A stretch of 64,000 nt of DNA from Spirochaetia bacterium (GCA_965208575.1 CBDBOV010000006.1:1152001-1216000); one strand, 5' to 3'; shown: positions 12,113-24,735, counted from the stretch's first letter. Numbers and translations are program-made. The notes: generated by a model from the sequence alone, not told the origin.

Positions 12113-12287
12113 CGCGCGCGCGGGCGACCGACCGCCGAGCGCCGGCCGGATCGCGCGGCGACCGGGCTTCCACGCGCCGGACCCGCCGTCTCGACCGGCG
12201 GCGCAGCGTGGACCGGCGTGGACCGGCGGCGCGGCGCTTGCCGTTGCCCGCGCGCGGCGGGTATGCTCGGGCGGCGCGCTTCGCCCC

Positions 12288-14669
12288 ATGGCTACCGGCA
12301 ACGACATTCCGCCATCCGTGCGCATGCCCGGTAGAGGGCGGCCGTCGCCTGGCGCCCACGCGGATCCGCCCGTGCCGGGCGCCCGGCCGCCGGTGCACGC
12401 GGCGCCCGGGCCGCGCATCCTGATCGCGGCCGAAGATGCCGAGATTGCCCGCCTCGAGGCGCTGCTCATCGAGTTCGGCTGCGTGGTGACGGCCGCGGCG
12501 CGCTCGGGCCGCGAGGCGCTGGCCGCGCTGCAGGCGCGCGCCGACGGCGACCCGCCGCCCGCCGAACTGGCGTTGATCGATCCGGCGCTCGGCGGCGAGG
12601 TTTCGGGCGTTGCCGCCGCCCGCCGGCTGCGCCGCTTCGGCATCCCGGTGATCTACGTCACCGACGGCGACCTGCCGGCGCGCACCGCCCGCGCCGCCCG
12701 CGCCGCCGAACCGGCCGCCTACGTGCCGCGCCCGGTGGCGCCGTGGCACCTGCGTGCGACCATCGACACCGCCCTGGCGCAGCACCGCCGCGAAACCAAG
12801 CTGGCCGAGCGTGCGCGCCTGCTCGCCCGCGAACGCGGTGCGCTCCGGCGGCGCGTCACGACGCTCCAGGATCGGAGCGCGCACACCGAGGCCGAGTTGC
12901 GCGACCAGGTGGAGGCATTCAGGAGCCAGTCCACGCTGCTGCGCGCGGTGGTGGACAGCATGGGCGATGGACTGATCGTGGCCGACCGCGAAGGCAGGTA
13001 CCTGCTCACCAATCCGGAGATGGAGCGCCTGGTCGGCATGTACCGGCCCGGCGCCGACCTGTCGCGGCGGTCGCAGACCTACGGCCTGTACTATCCCGAC
13101 GGGAAGACCCTGATTCCCTCGGAGCGGCTGCCGCTGACGCGCGCCCTGAGCCACGGCGAGTCGACGGACAACTTCGACGTGTTGATCCGCAATGCCGGAC
13201 ACCCGAACGGGATCCGGGTGAGCATCAACGGGCGGCCGCTGTACGACGCGGACGGCGCCTTGCAGGGTGGCGTGATCGTGTTCCGCGACGTGACCCGCAT
13301 CAGGGAAACGGAGCGCGAGGTGGTAGAGTCCGCGCACCGCATGGCGGAGCAGAGCCGCGCCATGCAGACCGTGGTCGACAGCATCAGCGACGGCGTGGTG
13401 GCCGCCGATACGGCCGGCAGGCTCACCCTGTTCAACCCGAGCGCGGAACGCATTCTGGGTCTGGGAAAGATCGATACGCCGCCCGAGCGCCGGGCCGAAC
13501 GGTACGGCGTCTACTACCCTGATGGGGCGACGCCGGTGGCGGCGGACGATCTGCCGCTGACGCGCGCCACGCGCGGCGAGTCTTCGGACGGCGAGGAGTT
13601 CTTCGTACGCAATCCGCGCGTTCCGGACGGCGTCTTCGTCAGCGTCAGCGGCCGGCCGCTGCGCGACGGCGCCGGCGCGCTGGTCGGCGGCGTGGTGGTG
13701 TTGCGCGACGTGACCGAGCAGGTCCGGGCGCACCAGACGCTGATGCAGGCGTTCGCGCAGGGGCGGCTGGAAGTGGTCGACACCATCGTCCACAACATCG
13801 GCAACGCGATCAACAGCGTGGCGATCGGCGTCGGTACCATCCAGCACGAGTTGGAACGGAACCGCGAACTGCGCCGCTTCCAGGCGCTCGCGCACGCTCT
13901 CGAGCAGCACCGCGACGACTGGCTCGCATACCTGCGGACCGATCCGCAGGGGCGGCAGGTGGTGCCGTTCATCCTCGCGCTCGCCACCGACTTCGAGGCC
14001 CGCAATCGGCGCTTGACCGACACGGTGGAGCGCGTGCGCGGCCGCGTCGCGCACATCGTCGACCTGATCAGAACGCAGAAGTCGTTCGACCGCCAGAGCA
14101 TGACGAGCAAGCTGATCGACCTGCGCCAGTCGATCGTCGATGCGACCAAGGTCCTGGCCGAGTCGTGCGCGGTGCGCGGCATCGACGTGGAGATCGACTG
14201 CGCGCACGCTCCCCGTGAATTGTGGATCCAGGAGAACAGGTTCCACCAGATGCTCGTCAACCTGATGAAGAACGCCATCGAAGCGATCGACGCGCTGTCC
14301 GCGGCCGGCCGCGGCGCGGCGGGGCGCGACCGGCCCCGCATCCGCATCGCCTGCTACCCGCGGGACGAATTCCTGGTGATCGACGTGATCGACAACGGGA
14401 TCGGCATGGGCGAACAGCGCCACCGGCTGATCTTTACCGCCGGCTACACCACCAAGGAGAGCGGCAGCGGACTCGGGCTGCACTCGGCGGCCAACTTCGT
14501 GATCGGCTCCGGCGGCCGCATCCAGGCAATGAGCGACGGCCACGGGACGGGAACCACGATCCGGGTAATGCTGCGCCGGACGGCGCCGTCCGCACGGCGG
14601 GCCGCGGCGAAACAGGCCGCGGCTTCCGCGCCGACAGGCCACTGGTTGGCGCCCTCGTCCTCCGGTTGA
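12288..14669 (+). CDS. Cytoplasmic sensor histidine kinase (REC-like, coiled coil, 2x PAS, HisKA, HATPase)
   Basis: H-box IVHNIGNAINSV, N-box QMLVNLMKNA, DNGIG, GYTTK, GSGLGL; two PAS repeats (VVDSMGDG / VVDSISDG); no TM segment; start uncertain. Confidence 0.88.
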   Translation: MATGNDIPPSVRMPGRGRPSPGAHADPPVPGARPPVHAAPGPRILIAAEDAEIARLEALLIEFGCVVTAAARSGREALAALQARADGDPPPAELALIDPALGGEVSGVAAARRLRRFGIPVIYVTDGDLPARTARAARAAEPAAYVPRPVAPWHLRATIDTALAQHRRETKLAERARLLARERGALRRRVTTLQDRSAHTEAELRDQVEAFRSQSTLLRAVVDSMGDGLIVADREGRYLLTNPEMERLVGMYRPGADLSRRSQTYGLYYPDGKTLIPSERLPLTRALSHGESTDNFDVLIRNAGHPNGIRVSINGRPLYDADGALQGGVIVFRDVTRIRETEREVVESAHRMAEQSRAMQTVVDSISDGVVAADTAGRLTLFNPSAERILGLGKIDTPPERRAERYGVYYPDGATPVAADDLPLTRATRGESSDGEEFFVRNPRVPDGVFVSVSGRPLRDGAGALVGGVVVLRDVTEQVRAHQTLMQAFAQGRLEVVDTIVHNIGNAINSVAIGVGTIQHELERNRELRRFQALAHALEQHRDDWLAYLRTDPQGRQVVPFILALATDFEARNRRLTDTVERVRGRVAHIVDLIRTQKSFDRQSMTSKLIDLRQSIVDATKVLAESCAVRGIDVEIDCAHAPRELWIQENRFHQMLVNLMKNAIEAIDALSAAGRGAAGRDRPRIRIACYPRDEFLVIDVIDNGIGMGEQRHRLIFTAGYTTKESGSGLGLHSAANFVIGSGGRIQAMSDGHGTGTTIRVMLRRTAPSARRAAAKQAAASAPTGHWLAPSSSG

Positions 14670-14678
14670 CCCGCCGAT

Positions 14679-16661
<1,983 letters not shown>

Positions 16662-16811
16662 ATGATAATCATTCCGGCAACGGTTTTCGTCGCAAGAAGG
16701 GGTGATAACACCAAAGAACTACTTATTTCATTCTATAAGTGATGCGATGTTTACTATTATGCTTCCGGGTCCACCGTCGGGTACGCGGGCAGCGCAGCGC
16801 TCAGGCGCGGG

Positions 16812-17834
16812 TCAGGCCATCCGGGCGCGCCGCAGACCCTCCCGAAACCCGACCATCTGCCGGCTGGTCTCGTCGTAGAGCCGCATCGACAGGCAGCGCA
16901 GCGTACCGCGGATGCGCAGCATCGGCACGGCGTGCAGGGCCGGCTGCTCACGGTGGGCGCGCTCGAGATGGTAATTGGGAATGGTCGGGTCGAGGTGGTG
17001 GACATGGTGAAAGCCGATGTTGCCGGTGAACCACTGCAGCACGCGCGGCAGCGCCAGGTAGGAGGAGCCGTGCAACGCGGCGCTGACGAAGTCCCAGCGC
17101 TCGTTGCGGCGCCAGTAGACGCCTTCAAACTGGTGCTGAACGTAGAACAGCCACGTGCCCACCGCCGAGGCGAGCACGAACACGGGGGTGAACACCACCA
17201 GGAAGTTGACGAAGCCGAACGGCAGCGACATCGCCACCACGAACAGGCCGGTGCCCACGTTGGTCCAGATGATGGCGCGCAGCGAACGGGCGCCCACCCG
17301 CTTGCGCGGAAAGCGGTGGTTCAACAGGAACCCGACCGGCGCGACGAGAAAGAACAGCACGAACGGATTGCGGAACACCCGGTACGCCAACCGCAGCCGG
17401 CGCGGCGCGGCGACGAACTCGCGTACGGTCATGGTCCACACGTCGCCGAGGTCGCGGCGGTCGAGGTCGCCGGCGGTGGCGTGGTGGCGGGCATGTTCGT
17501 GCGACCAGTGCCGGAACGGCGTAAAGGTCAGGAACCCGGCGAGGTAGCCGATCACGCGATTCCAGCGGCTGCGGCGGAACAGCGACCCGTGGCCGGCGTC
17601 GTGAAAGATGATGAACACGCGAATCAAAAACCCGGCCGTGGGCAGGGCGAGGAGCAGACTGAGCAGGTAGGAAACCTGCGCCAGCGCCCCCATGAGGATC
17701 AGTCCGCCGACGTAGGGAACGAACGACGTGACGATCTGGCCGATGCTGCGACCGGCGGACGGGGTACGGTATTGCCTGAGCGCGCGCTGCAGTGCGCGGG
17801 ACTCGATCGACGGAGTATTCGCTCCTTGACTCAC
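16812..17834 (-). CDS. Membrane fatty acid desaturase (Bacillus Des-like)
   Basis: Three His boxes HDAGH, HARHH, HHVHH; YVQHQFE motif; TM segments. Confidence 0.9.
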   Translation of the reverse strand: MSQGANTPSIESRALQRALRQYRTPSAGRSIGQIVTSFVPYVGGLILMGALAQVSYLLSLLLALPTAGFLIRVFIIFHDAGHGSLFRRSRWNRVIGYLAGFLTFTPFRHWSHEHARHHATAGDLDRRDLGDVWTMTVREFVAAPRRLRLAYRVFRNPFVLFFLVAPVGFLLNHRFPRKRVGARSLRAIIWTNVGTGLFVVAMSLPFGFVNFLVVFTPVFVLASAVGTWLFYVQHQFEGVYWRRNERWDFVSAALHGSSYLALPRVLQWFTGNIGFHHVHHLDPTIPNYHLERAHREQPALHAVPMLRIRGTLRCLSMRLYDETSRQMVGFREGLRRARMA

Positions 17835-18031
17835 GGACGTGCTCTCCCTCCGGGAACCTGGTGCCTGTTTCGTTGCCGCATTGCGCCGAGGTCGGTGAGG
17901 TCCGTCAGCGAATTGGGTATGCCGACAGCATCGCGCGGTGGCGGCTTCTGGTCAAGGGTCTGCGCGAAGCCGCGTAGCCGCGTAGCCGAATTGACCGCGG
18001 CGGGGCGCCGGCCATAGATTGTGCGCCCTCC

Positions 18032-19033
18032 ATGAGCCAGCCATTGATCGATGTTGCCGGACTGACCAAGAGGTTTCGCGTCGCGGCCGGCGATGGCGGC
18101 TCGACGGGAGGCGCCCGCGGGCTGCGTTCCCTGGTAGCGCGGCGCAAGGTGGTCACGGCGCTCGACGGCGTCTCGTTCCGCATCGGCGCCGGCGAACTGG
18201 TCGGCTACATCGGCCCCAACGGCGCCGGCAAGAGCACCACCGTCAAGATCCTGTCCGGCATCCTGGTGCCGGACGCCGGCCGCTGCGTGGTGGCGGGGCG
18301 CGTGCCGTGGCGCGAGCGCGTGGCGCACGTGGCCGGGATCGGGGTGGTGTTCGGCCAGCGCAGCCAGCTCTGGTGGGACCTGCCGGTCATCGAGTCGTTC
18401 GACCTGCTGCGCGACATCTACCGGCTGCAGCCTGCCGCCTACCGCGAGACCCGCGACGAGCTGGTGGAGCTGCTGGCCATCGCGCCGCTGCTGACGGTGC
18501 CGGTGCGGCAGCTCAGCCTGGGCCAGCGCATGCGCTGCGAGCTGGCCGCCGCCCTGCTGCACCGCCCGCGGCTGCTGTTCCTGGACGAGCCCACGATCGG
18601 CCTGGACGCGGTGGCCAAGCTGGCGGTGCGCGACATCATCCGCCGCCTGCACCGGCGCGGCGTCACCACCATTCTCACCACCCACGACCTGGACGACGTG
18701 GAGGCGCTGTGCCCGCGCGTGCTGGTGATCGGCGCCGGCGCGATCCTGTTCGACGGCTCGGTGGCCGACCTGCGCGCCGGCGTCGACCGCGAGCGCATTC
18801 TGACCGTGGACCTAGAGCACGAGGTGGGCAGCTTCACTACCGCGTCGGCCACGGTGGTGTCCGCCGCGGGACGCCGCGTGGTGCTGCGCTACGACCCGGC
18901 GCACATACCGACGCCGCGCATCATAGCGGAGGTGGCGCGCGACAACGACGTGCGCGACCTGTACATCGAGCCGCAGCCGATCGACGAGCTGGTGGCGCGG
19001 CTGTACCGCGGCCTGGAACTGGAGGAAGCGTGA
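18032..19033 (+). CDS. ABC transporter ATP-binding protein
   Basis: GPNGAGKST, LSLGQRMR, LFLDEPT. Confidence 0.92.
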   Translation: MSQPLIDVAGLTKRFRVAAGDGGSTGGARGLRSLVARRKVVTALDGVSFRIGAGELVGYIGPNGAGKSTTVKILSGILVPDAGRCVVAGRVPWRERVAHVAGIGVVFGQRSQLWWDLPVIESFDLLRDIYRLQPAAYRETRDELVELLAIAPLLTVPVRQLSLGQRMRCELAAALLHRPRLLFLDEPTIGLDAVAKLAVRDIIRRLHRRGVTTILTTHDLDDVEALCPRVLVIGAGAILFDGSVADLRAGVDRERILTVDLEHEVGSFTTASATVVSAAGRRVVLRYDPAHIPTPRIIAEVARDNDVRDLYIEPQPIDELVARLYRGLELEEA

Positions 19034-19866
19034 CGCTGTCGGCGCGGCTGGCGCCCTACCGCGGCGTGCTGCGGGCGCGCTGGCGCGAGACGCTGCAGTA
19101 CCGGCTGGCGGCGCTGGCCGGGTTCGGCACCCAGTGCTACTGGGGGCTGCTGCGGCTGATGATCCTGGCCGCGTTCTACCAGTCGGGCCCGGCGGACGCC
19201 TCCGACTTCAGCTTCGCGCACGCGGTGCCGTACGTGTGGCTGGGGCAGGCCCTGCTGTCGCTGTTTCCGTTTCGGCTCGACAACGAATTGGCCGACAGCG
19301 TGCGCACCGGCAGCGTGGCCGGCGAGCTGCTGCGCCCGATCGACCTGTACTCCTACTGGTTCTGGCGCATGACCGCGTGGCGGCTGGCGCAGGCGGCGCC
19401 GCGCTGCCTGCTGATGCTGGTGGTGGCGGTCGCCGTGCTGCCGCTGGTGGGGCTGGACGAGTGGGCCCTGACCGCGCCGGCGGGCGCGTCCGCGGCCGGC
19501 CTCTACCTGGCCGCCACCGTGCTGGCGCTGCTGCTCGGGGTGGCGGTGACCGCGGTGCTGATCAGCCTGATGTTCTGGACCGTCTCGTCGGAGGGCGCCC
19601 GCTACGTCCTGCCGGCGGTGGTCTGGTTCGGCGGCGGCCTGGTGATCCCGCTGCCGCTGCTGCCGGACGGCCTGTCCGCCGTGCTCGGCTACCTGCCGTT
19701 CGCCGGCCTGATGGACATTCCGTTCCGCATCTACGTCGGGCACCTGGCCGGCGCCGAGGCGCTGGCCCGGCTCGGCCTGCAACTGGGCTGGCTGGTGGCG
19801 CTGGTGCTGCTGGGCCGGCTGCTGCTGGCGCGCGGCCTGCGCCGGGTGGTGATCCTTGGCGGCTGA
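19030..19866 (+). CDS. ABC-2 family permease (DUF990-like)
   Basis: GTG overlapping the upstream stop; hydrophobic; VRTGSVAGELLRP motif. Confidence 0.82.
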   Translation: MTLSARLAPYRGVLRARWRETLQYRLAALAGFGTQCYWGLLRLMILAAFYQSGPADASDFSFAHAVPYVWLGQALLSLFPFRLDNELADSVRTGSVAGELLRPIDLYSYWFWRMTAWRLAQAAPRCLLMLVVAVAVLPLVGLDEWALTAPAGASAAGLYLAATVLALLLGVAVTAVLISLMFWTVSSEGARYVLPAVVWFGGGLVIPLPLLPDGLSAVLGYLPFAGLMDIPFRIYVGHLAGAEALARLGLQLGWLVALVLLGRLLLARGLRRVVILGG

Positions 19867-20695
19867 CGGCGCGCGGTGGAACGCGGCGTTGGCGGGCGGC
19901 GCGGTGCGGCTCTACCTGCGCTTCGTGGCTACCCACTTCCGCGCGCAGATGCAGTATCCGGGCGCGCTCGCCCTGCAGATGCTCGGCAGCATGCTGTTCA
20001 CCGCCATCGAGTTCGTCGGGGTGTGGGCGCTGCTGGACCGGTTCGGCAACGTGCGCGGCTGGGAGCTGGCCGAGGTGGCGGTGCTGTACGGGATGGTGAT
20101 GGTCGGCTTCGCCACCGCCGAGGCCACCGGCCGCGGGTTCGATACGTTCCACCGGCTGGTGCGCGGCGGCGACTTCGACCGCGTGCTGCTGCGGCCGCGG
20201 CACACGGTGCTGCAGGTGGCGGGCGCCGAGTTCGCCTTTCATCGCGCGGGCCGCTGGCTGCAGGGCGCGGCCATTCTCACCTGGGGGCTGGCCGGCGCCG
20301 GCATCGCCTGGAGCCCGGCGCGCGTGCTGCTGCTCGCGGAAACCTTCGCCGGCGTTACCGTGCTGTTCCTGGGGGTGTTCGTGGCCACCGCCGCGGTCAC
20401 CTTCTGGACCGTGCAGTCGCTGGAGCTGCTGGCCATCGTCAGCAACGGATCGGTGGACGCCGCCAGCTACCCCGCCACCGTGTACCGCCGTTTCATGCGC
20501 CGCTTCCTGTTCTTTATCGTGCCGATCGGCACCGTCACCTACTTCCCGGTGGCGGCGCTGCTCGGGCGGCCCGACCCGCTCGGCACGCCGGCGTGGTTCG
20601 GCTGGGCCGCGCCCGCCGCCGCTCCCCTGTTCCTGGCCGCCGCCCTGTTCCTCTGGCGCCTCGGCGTCCGTCACTACAACTCTACGGGAAGTTGA
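19856..20695 (+). CDS. ABC-2 family permease (DUF990-like)
   Basis: GDFDRVLLRP motif; multiple TM helices. Confidence 0.85.
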   Translation: MAADGARWNAALAGGAVRLYLRFVATHFRAQMQYPGALALQMLGSMLFTAIEFVGVWALLDRFGNVRGWELAEVAVLYGMVMVGFATAEATGRGFDTFHRLVRGGDFDRVLLRPRHTVLQVAGAEFAFHRAGRWLQGAAILTWGLAGAGIAWSPARVLLLAETFAGVTVLFLGVFVATAAVTFWTVQSLELLAIVSNGSVDAASYPATVYRRFMRRFLFFIVPIGTVTYFPVAALLGRPDPLGTPAWFGWAAPAAAPLFLAAALFLWRLGVRHYNSTGS

Positions 20696-20815
20696 GCCCG
20701 CGGCACGGATATGTTCCTCCACACCGTCGGCTCCTTCCGTCGCGGTTATGGCGGCTCGCCTCTATAACTCTACGGGAATTTGACCGACGGCGGTCGCCTG
20801 CGCCGCGGAAAAAGA

Positions 20816-20832
20816 TTGGACAGATTGTCCAA
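20816..20832. promoter_or_regulatory. Perfect inverted repeat, putative operator
   Basis: TTGGACA-GAT-TGTCCAA, with an additional ATTGTCCA half-site at ~20853, upstream of the ORF at 20881. Confidence 0.45.
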
Positions 20833-20880
20833 AAATGTGCGGGCGGGCGGTACATTGTCCACAGACGGGCTCGTGACGGC

Positions 20881-21126
20881 ATGGCAGACAGCCTGCCCGA
20901 CATGTCGACTGAAGCGGAGGTGGTAGTGATGGATACCCCGGATGAAGTCACCATGGAGCAACTGCGAGCGCGCCTGATGGAGAGCCAGGTGGCGATCATC
21001 GAAGCCCTGCGCCGGGCCAACGTGTCGTGGACGATCATCGAACGCGCCACCGGCATCGACGAGATCTCCTTCAACCTGCTGAAACAGAGCCTCACTGCCG
21101 CGGACGACGGCGCCGAAGCGGTGTGA
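20881..21126 (+). CDS. Small acidic helical hypothetical protein (81 aa), possibly HTH / Rpn C-terminal-like
   Basis: ATG at 20881; protein-like composition; IIEALRRANVSWTIIERATGIDE. Confidence 0.55.
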   Translation: MADSLPDMSTEAEVVVMDTPDEVTMEQLRARLMESQVAIIEALRRANVSWTIIERATGIDEISFNLLKQSLTAADDGAEAV

Positions 21127-21144
21127 TGCAGCCGACCGTCCCCA

Positions 21145-21240
21145 CCGGATTGCAGGAGCCGGCAGGATCGGCCACCATGCGGTTCTACCAGACGGCGGAA
21201 GCGCAGGACGGCCGCGGCTCGTTTCGTCGAGCAGCGCAGG
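21145..21240 (+). pseudogene. Degenerate copy of the 3' end of menB
   Basis: Aligns with 23088-23182; [24 protein letters not shown] vs [24 protein letters not shown]. Confidence 0.85.
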
Positions 21241-21309
21241 ATCGCTGGAACCTGGGTGCAATAAACAGGGCGGCGATCATCGCCGGCGACGGCGGGCGCG
21301 GGCGCGGGC

Positions 21310-22209
21310 ATGCAACCCGGCGTTAGCGAGGTGCCGCCGCCTGCCGGTCCGCCGCTGTTGTTCGTGCACGGCTTCCTGGGAGAGGCGGCGGACTGGGACG
21401 CGCTGCGCGCGCTGCTTGGCACGGACGTTGCCGCCGCCTGCTTCGAGCTTCCGGGGCACGGCGCGGCGCCGCCGGTCATCGGGGCTGCCTCGGAGCGGTC
21501 CGCGGAGGCGGCGCACCGACTCCGGCGGCCGCCTGCCGGCCTGGCGGAACCGATGGCAGCCGCGGGCTGGTTTCCGGCCGCGGCGCGGCGGCTGGAGCGG
21601 GCGTGCGCCCGGTTGCCGGCGCCGCCGGTGCTGGTCGGCTACTCCATGGGCGGGCGTCTGGCCCTGTATGCGGCGGTGCGCCGCCCGGGCGTCGCCCGCG
21701 CGCTGGTGCTGCTCGGCGCCGACCCCGGCATCGCCGAACCCGCGGCGCGTGCCGAACGCCGCGCCCGCGACGACGCGCTGGCGCGCGAGTTGGCCGCGGC
21801 CGCTAACGAGCAGGCGTTCGCGGCGTGGCTGCGGCGCTGGTACGCGGCGCCGCTGTTCGGCCGCCTGAACCGCCACCCGGCGTTCGAGTCACTGCTGCGG
21901 CGCCGGCTGCGGCAACGCCCGGGGACGCTGGCGGCGGCGCTGCGCGGGCTGTCCGTGTCCCGCCAACCGGCGCTGTGGAACGCGCTGCAGGCGCTGCCGG
22001 TCCCGGCGCTGTTCATCGCCGGCGCCGAGGATGCCAGGTACCGCGCCGTGGCCGCCCGCATCGCCGCGCTCGGCCCGCCGCGGCAGGCCGCCGTGTGCCC
22101 CGGCGCCGCCCATGCGGTGCACGTCGAGCAGCCCGAGGCGCTCGCCGGCCTGCTCCGCTCGTTCGCGCGGTCCGTCGCGGCGGGCGCCGTGGACCCGCCG
22201 GTGGACTGA
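21310..22209 (+). CDS. menH: SHCHC synthase (alpha/beta hydrolase)
   Basis: [24 protein letters not shown]...[11 protein letters not shown]; adjacent to menB. Confidence 0.8.
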   Translation: MQPGVSEVPPPAGPPLLFVHGFLGEAADWDALRALLGTDVAAACFELPGHGAAPPVIGAASERSAEAAHRLRRPPAGLAEPMAAAGWFPAAARRLERACARLPAPPVLVGYSMGGRLALYAAVRRPGVARALVLLGADPGIAEPAARAERRARDDALARELAAAANEQAFAAWLRRWYAAPLFGRLNRHPAFESLLRRRLRQRPGTLAAALRGLSVSRQPALWNALQALPVPALFIAGAEDARYRAVAARIAALGPPRQAAVCPGAAHAVHVEQPEALAGLLRSFARSVAAGAVDPPVD

Positions 22210-22393
22210 CGCGCTCGCCTTGCACCGCGCAACGCGAGCCGCACCGCCAGACTTCGCCCGCGACCGCGCGCGGCCGATTCGCCCCGGCGCCCCGGCGCGT
22301 GGGCTGCGCGCCGTGTCGCACGGCCGCGATTGCCACGGCCACGGCGGCAGCGGCACATTGCCCGCGACCAATCCCGACCCGCAAGGAGCACCC

Positions 22394-23215
22394 ATGAACG
22401 ACATCGACTGGACCGCGTGCGGCGACTACCAGGACATCCTGTACGCCAAGACGGAGGGGATCGCCAAGATCACCATCAACCGGCCGCACCGGCGCAACGC
22501 CTTCACTCCGCTCACCGTCGAGGAAATGATGCACGCCCTCGACGACGCCCGCCGCGACCACGAGGTGGGCGTGGTCATCCTCACCGGCCGCGGCGAGCTG
22601 GCGTTCTGCTCGGGCGGCGACCAGAAGATCCGCGGCGATGCCGGCTACCGCGACACCGGCGGCGACGACCGCCTCAACGTGCTGGAGTTCCAGCGCCAGA
22701 TACGCACCTGCCCGAAGCCGATCGTGGCGATGGTGGCCGGCTACGCCATCGGCGGCGGCCACGTGCTGCACGTGATGTGCGACCTCACCATCGCCGCCGA
22801 CAACGCCATCTTCGGCCAGACCGGACCCAAGGTCGGCTCGTTCGACGGCGGCTACGGCTCCGCCTACCTGGCGCGCATCGTGGGGCAGAAGAAAGCGCGC
22901 GAGATCTGGTTCCTGTGCCGCCAGTACGACGCGCAGCAGGCGTTGCAGATGGGCCTGGTGAACGCGGTGGTGCCGCTGGCCGAGCTGGAGCGCGAGACGG
23001 TGCGGTGGTGCCGCGACATGCTGGTGCACTCGCCCACCGCGCTGCGCTGCCTGAAGGCGGCCATGAACGCCGACTGCGACGGCCAGGCCGGTCTGCAGGA
23101 GCTGGCCGGATCGGCCACCATGCTGTTCTACCAGACGGCGGAAGCGCAGGAGGGCCGCGACTCGTTCGTCGAAAAGCGCAGGCCCGACTTCAGCAAGTTC
23201 CCCCGCCACTTCTGA
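22394..23215 (+). CDS. menB: 1,4-dihydroxy-2-naphthoyl-CoA synthase
   Basis: [51 protein letters not shown]; RBS AAGGAG. Confidence 0.96.
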   Translation: MNDIDWTACGDYQDILYAKTEGIAKITINRPHRRNAFTPLTVEEMMHALDDARRDHEVGVVILTGRGELAFCSGGDQKIRGDAGYRDTGGDDRLNVLEFQRQIRTCPKPIVAMVAGYAIGGGHVLHVMCDLTIAADNAIFGQTGPKVGSFDGGYGSAYLARIVGQKKAREIWFLCRQYDAQQALQMGLVNAVVPLAELERETVRWCRDMLVHSPTALRCLKAAMNADCDGQAGLQELAGSATMLFYQTAEAQEGRDSFVEKRRPDFSKFPRHF

Positions 23216-23330
23216 GGGTTGCCGCCTCGCGCCGGCGATAGCCGGCAGGTGCGGCGTGCGTTTGTAGCCGACAGCGGGAGAATGCCGAAACGAATAGTTA
23301 ATTTACGCGTTGCCCGCTCTTCTTACATAA

Positions 23331-23360
23331 TTGACACTCTGTGTACTATCATGATATGCT
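23331..23360 (+). promoter_or_regulatory. sigma70-type promoter
   Basis: TTGACA-18bp-TATGCT with extended TG, in an AT-rich tract. Confidence 0.5.
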
Positions 23361-23396
23361 GGATGCATGATACTTCGCTGGCGGCATCGGGCGTGC

Positions 23397-24626
23397 ATGG
23401 TTGCAGAGTCGACACGTGCGCGCGCGGGCTCGGCTCCGGACGTGCCGCGGGCGCGCTTGTGGCGGCGACGGCGGTGCGCCGTTGCCGCGCGGGTCGGGGC
23501 CGGGTTGGGCCTGCTCCTGGCGCTCGCCGGGTGTGGCGGTACCGGCACCCCGCCGGCGGTCCCGGTGGTGACGATCGCCGCGCGGGCGGCTTCCGTGACC
23601 GCCGGCGAACCGTTGCAATTCAGCGTCCGGGCCGAACCGGCCCCGGCGGCGGACCTGACCGTCCGCGTCACGATCGCGTACGGCGGCTGCGGCGTGGCGC
23701 AGTTGTCAACGTCGGTGACGATCGGCGCCGGCGACTCGAGCACCACGCTGACGGTGCCGACGGGCGGCGCGGCGGGCTGCACGGTGAGGGCCACGATCGC
23801 GGCCGGCCAAGGCTACCGTGCCGGGAGGTCCGCCGAAGCGTCGGCGGTCACGGCCGTGACCGGTTCAACGGCACCGCCGGTGGAGCCGGTGGTGACCATC
23901 GCGGCGGATGCGCCCGAGGTGGCCGAGGGCGAGGAGGTGTCCTTCACGCTGACCGCCGTACCGGCGCCGAAATCGGCCTTGCCGGTCACCGTGAACTGGT
24001 CGGTTGACCGCGTCGTCCTGACCGAACCCGGCCCGCGGACGGTCACCATCCCGACCGGCGGGACGTTCAATCTGCGGGCGGCCACCCGCGATGACGGCGA
24101 CCACGAGCCGGACGGCGTGGTGACGGTCACCGTCTCGGACGGCAGCGGCTACGCGGTCGGCACGCCGGGCTCGGCGCGCGTGGACGTCGCCGACAACGAC
24201 GCGGGCACGAGCACCGGCACTCCTCCCGCTTCGCCAGCTCCTCGAGCGACGTGGCGGTGCCCCCCCGGCACCGGCGGCGGCTCCTCCTGCCCGTTCGTGA
24301 CGGTCCTTGCGGCCGATTCTTCGGTGACCGAGGGCGCCGTCATATCGCTCACGCTGACGGCGCAGCCGGCGCCCGCGTCGGACACCACGGTATCGCTTGA
24401 GCCGCGGTACGAACGAGCCCGAGTCGAAGCAGTTCCCACGACGGTCACGTTCGCCGCCGGCACAAGCACGGTTGCGATCACGGTCAACACCATCGACAAC
24501 ATGGTCACCGACGGCGGAAGCTTCCTCCGAGTCGTCCTCAATCGGCGCGCCGCCTCCGACAGCAACGCCTACGGGCTTGGCTCCGACAGCCCCATCGCGC
24601 ACGTCACGATCGCAGACAACGACTGA
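23397..24626 (+). CDS. Lipoprotein with three Calx-beta-like domains
   Basis: Lipobox LALAGC; repeats V.EGE...FTLTA.PAP...V...DD...E.DG...V.V.DND; start uncertain. Confidence 0.72.
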   Translation: MVAESTRARAGSAPDVPRARLWRRRRCAVAARVGAGLGLLLALAGCGGTGTPPAVPVVTIAARAASVTAGEPLQFSVRAEPAPAADLTVRVTIAYGGCGVAQLSTSVTIGAGDSSTTLTVPTGGAAGCTVRATIAAGQGYRAGRSAEASAVTAVTGSTAPPVEPVVTIAADAPEVAEGEEVSFTLTAVPAPKSALPVTVNWSVDRVVLTEPGPRTVTIPTGGTFNLRAATRDDGDHEPDGVVTVTVSDGSGYAVGTPGSARVDVADNDAGTSTGTPPASPAPRATWRCPPGTGGGSSCPFVTVLAADSSVTEGAVISLTLTAQPAPASDTTVSLEPRYERARVEAVPTTVTFAAGTSTVAITVNTIDNMVTDGGSFLRVVLNRRAASDSNAYGLGSDSPIAHVTIADND

Positions 24627-24632
24627 TCGACC

Positions 24633-24652
24633 GTCGCCCTTCGGCGGGCGAC
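24633..24652. terminator. GC-rich hairpin between convergent genes
   Basis: GTCGCCC-TTCGGC-GGGCGAC, no U-tract. Confidence 0.3.
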
Positions 24653-24735
24653 CGGTCCGGCTCGGGCACTCGCCGGTCGAGCCGCGGCAGGCCGACGGCA
24701 GCCGGACGGCTCCCCGCACGCGGATGCGGCGCCGG

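Noticed and set aside
16812-17834. Desaturase as the DesK/DesR-like target of the neighbouring two-component genes
   Set aside because: The kinase is cytoplasmic and the regulators are sigma54 EBPs; no -24/-12 motif was seen upstream of the desaturase
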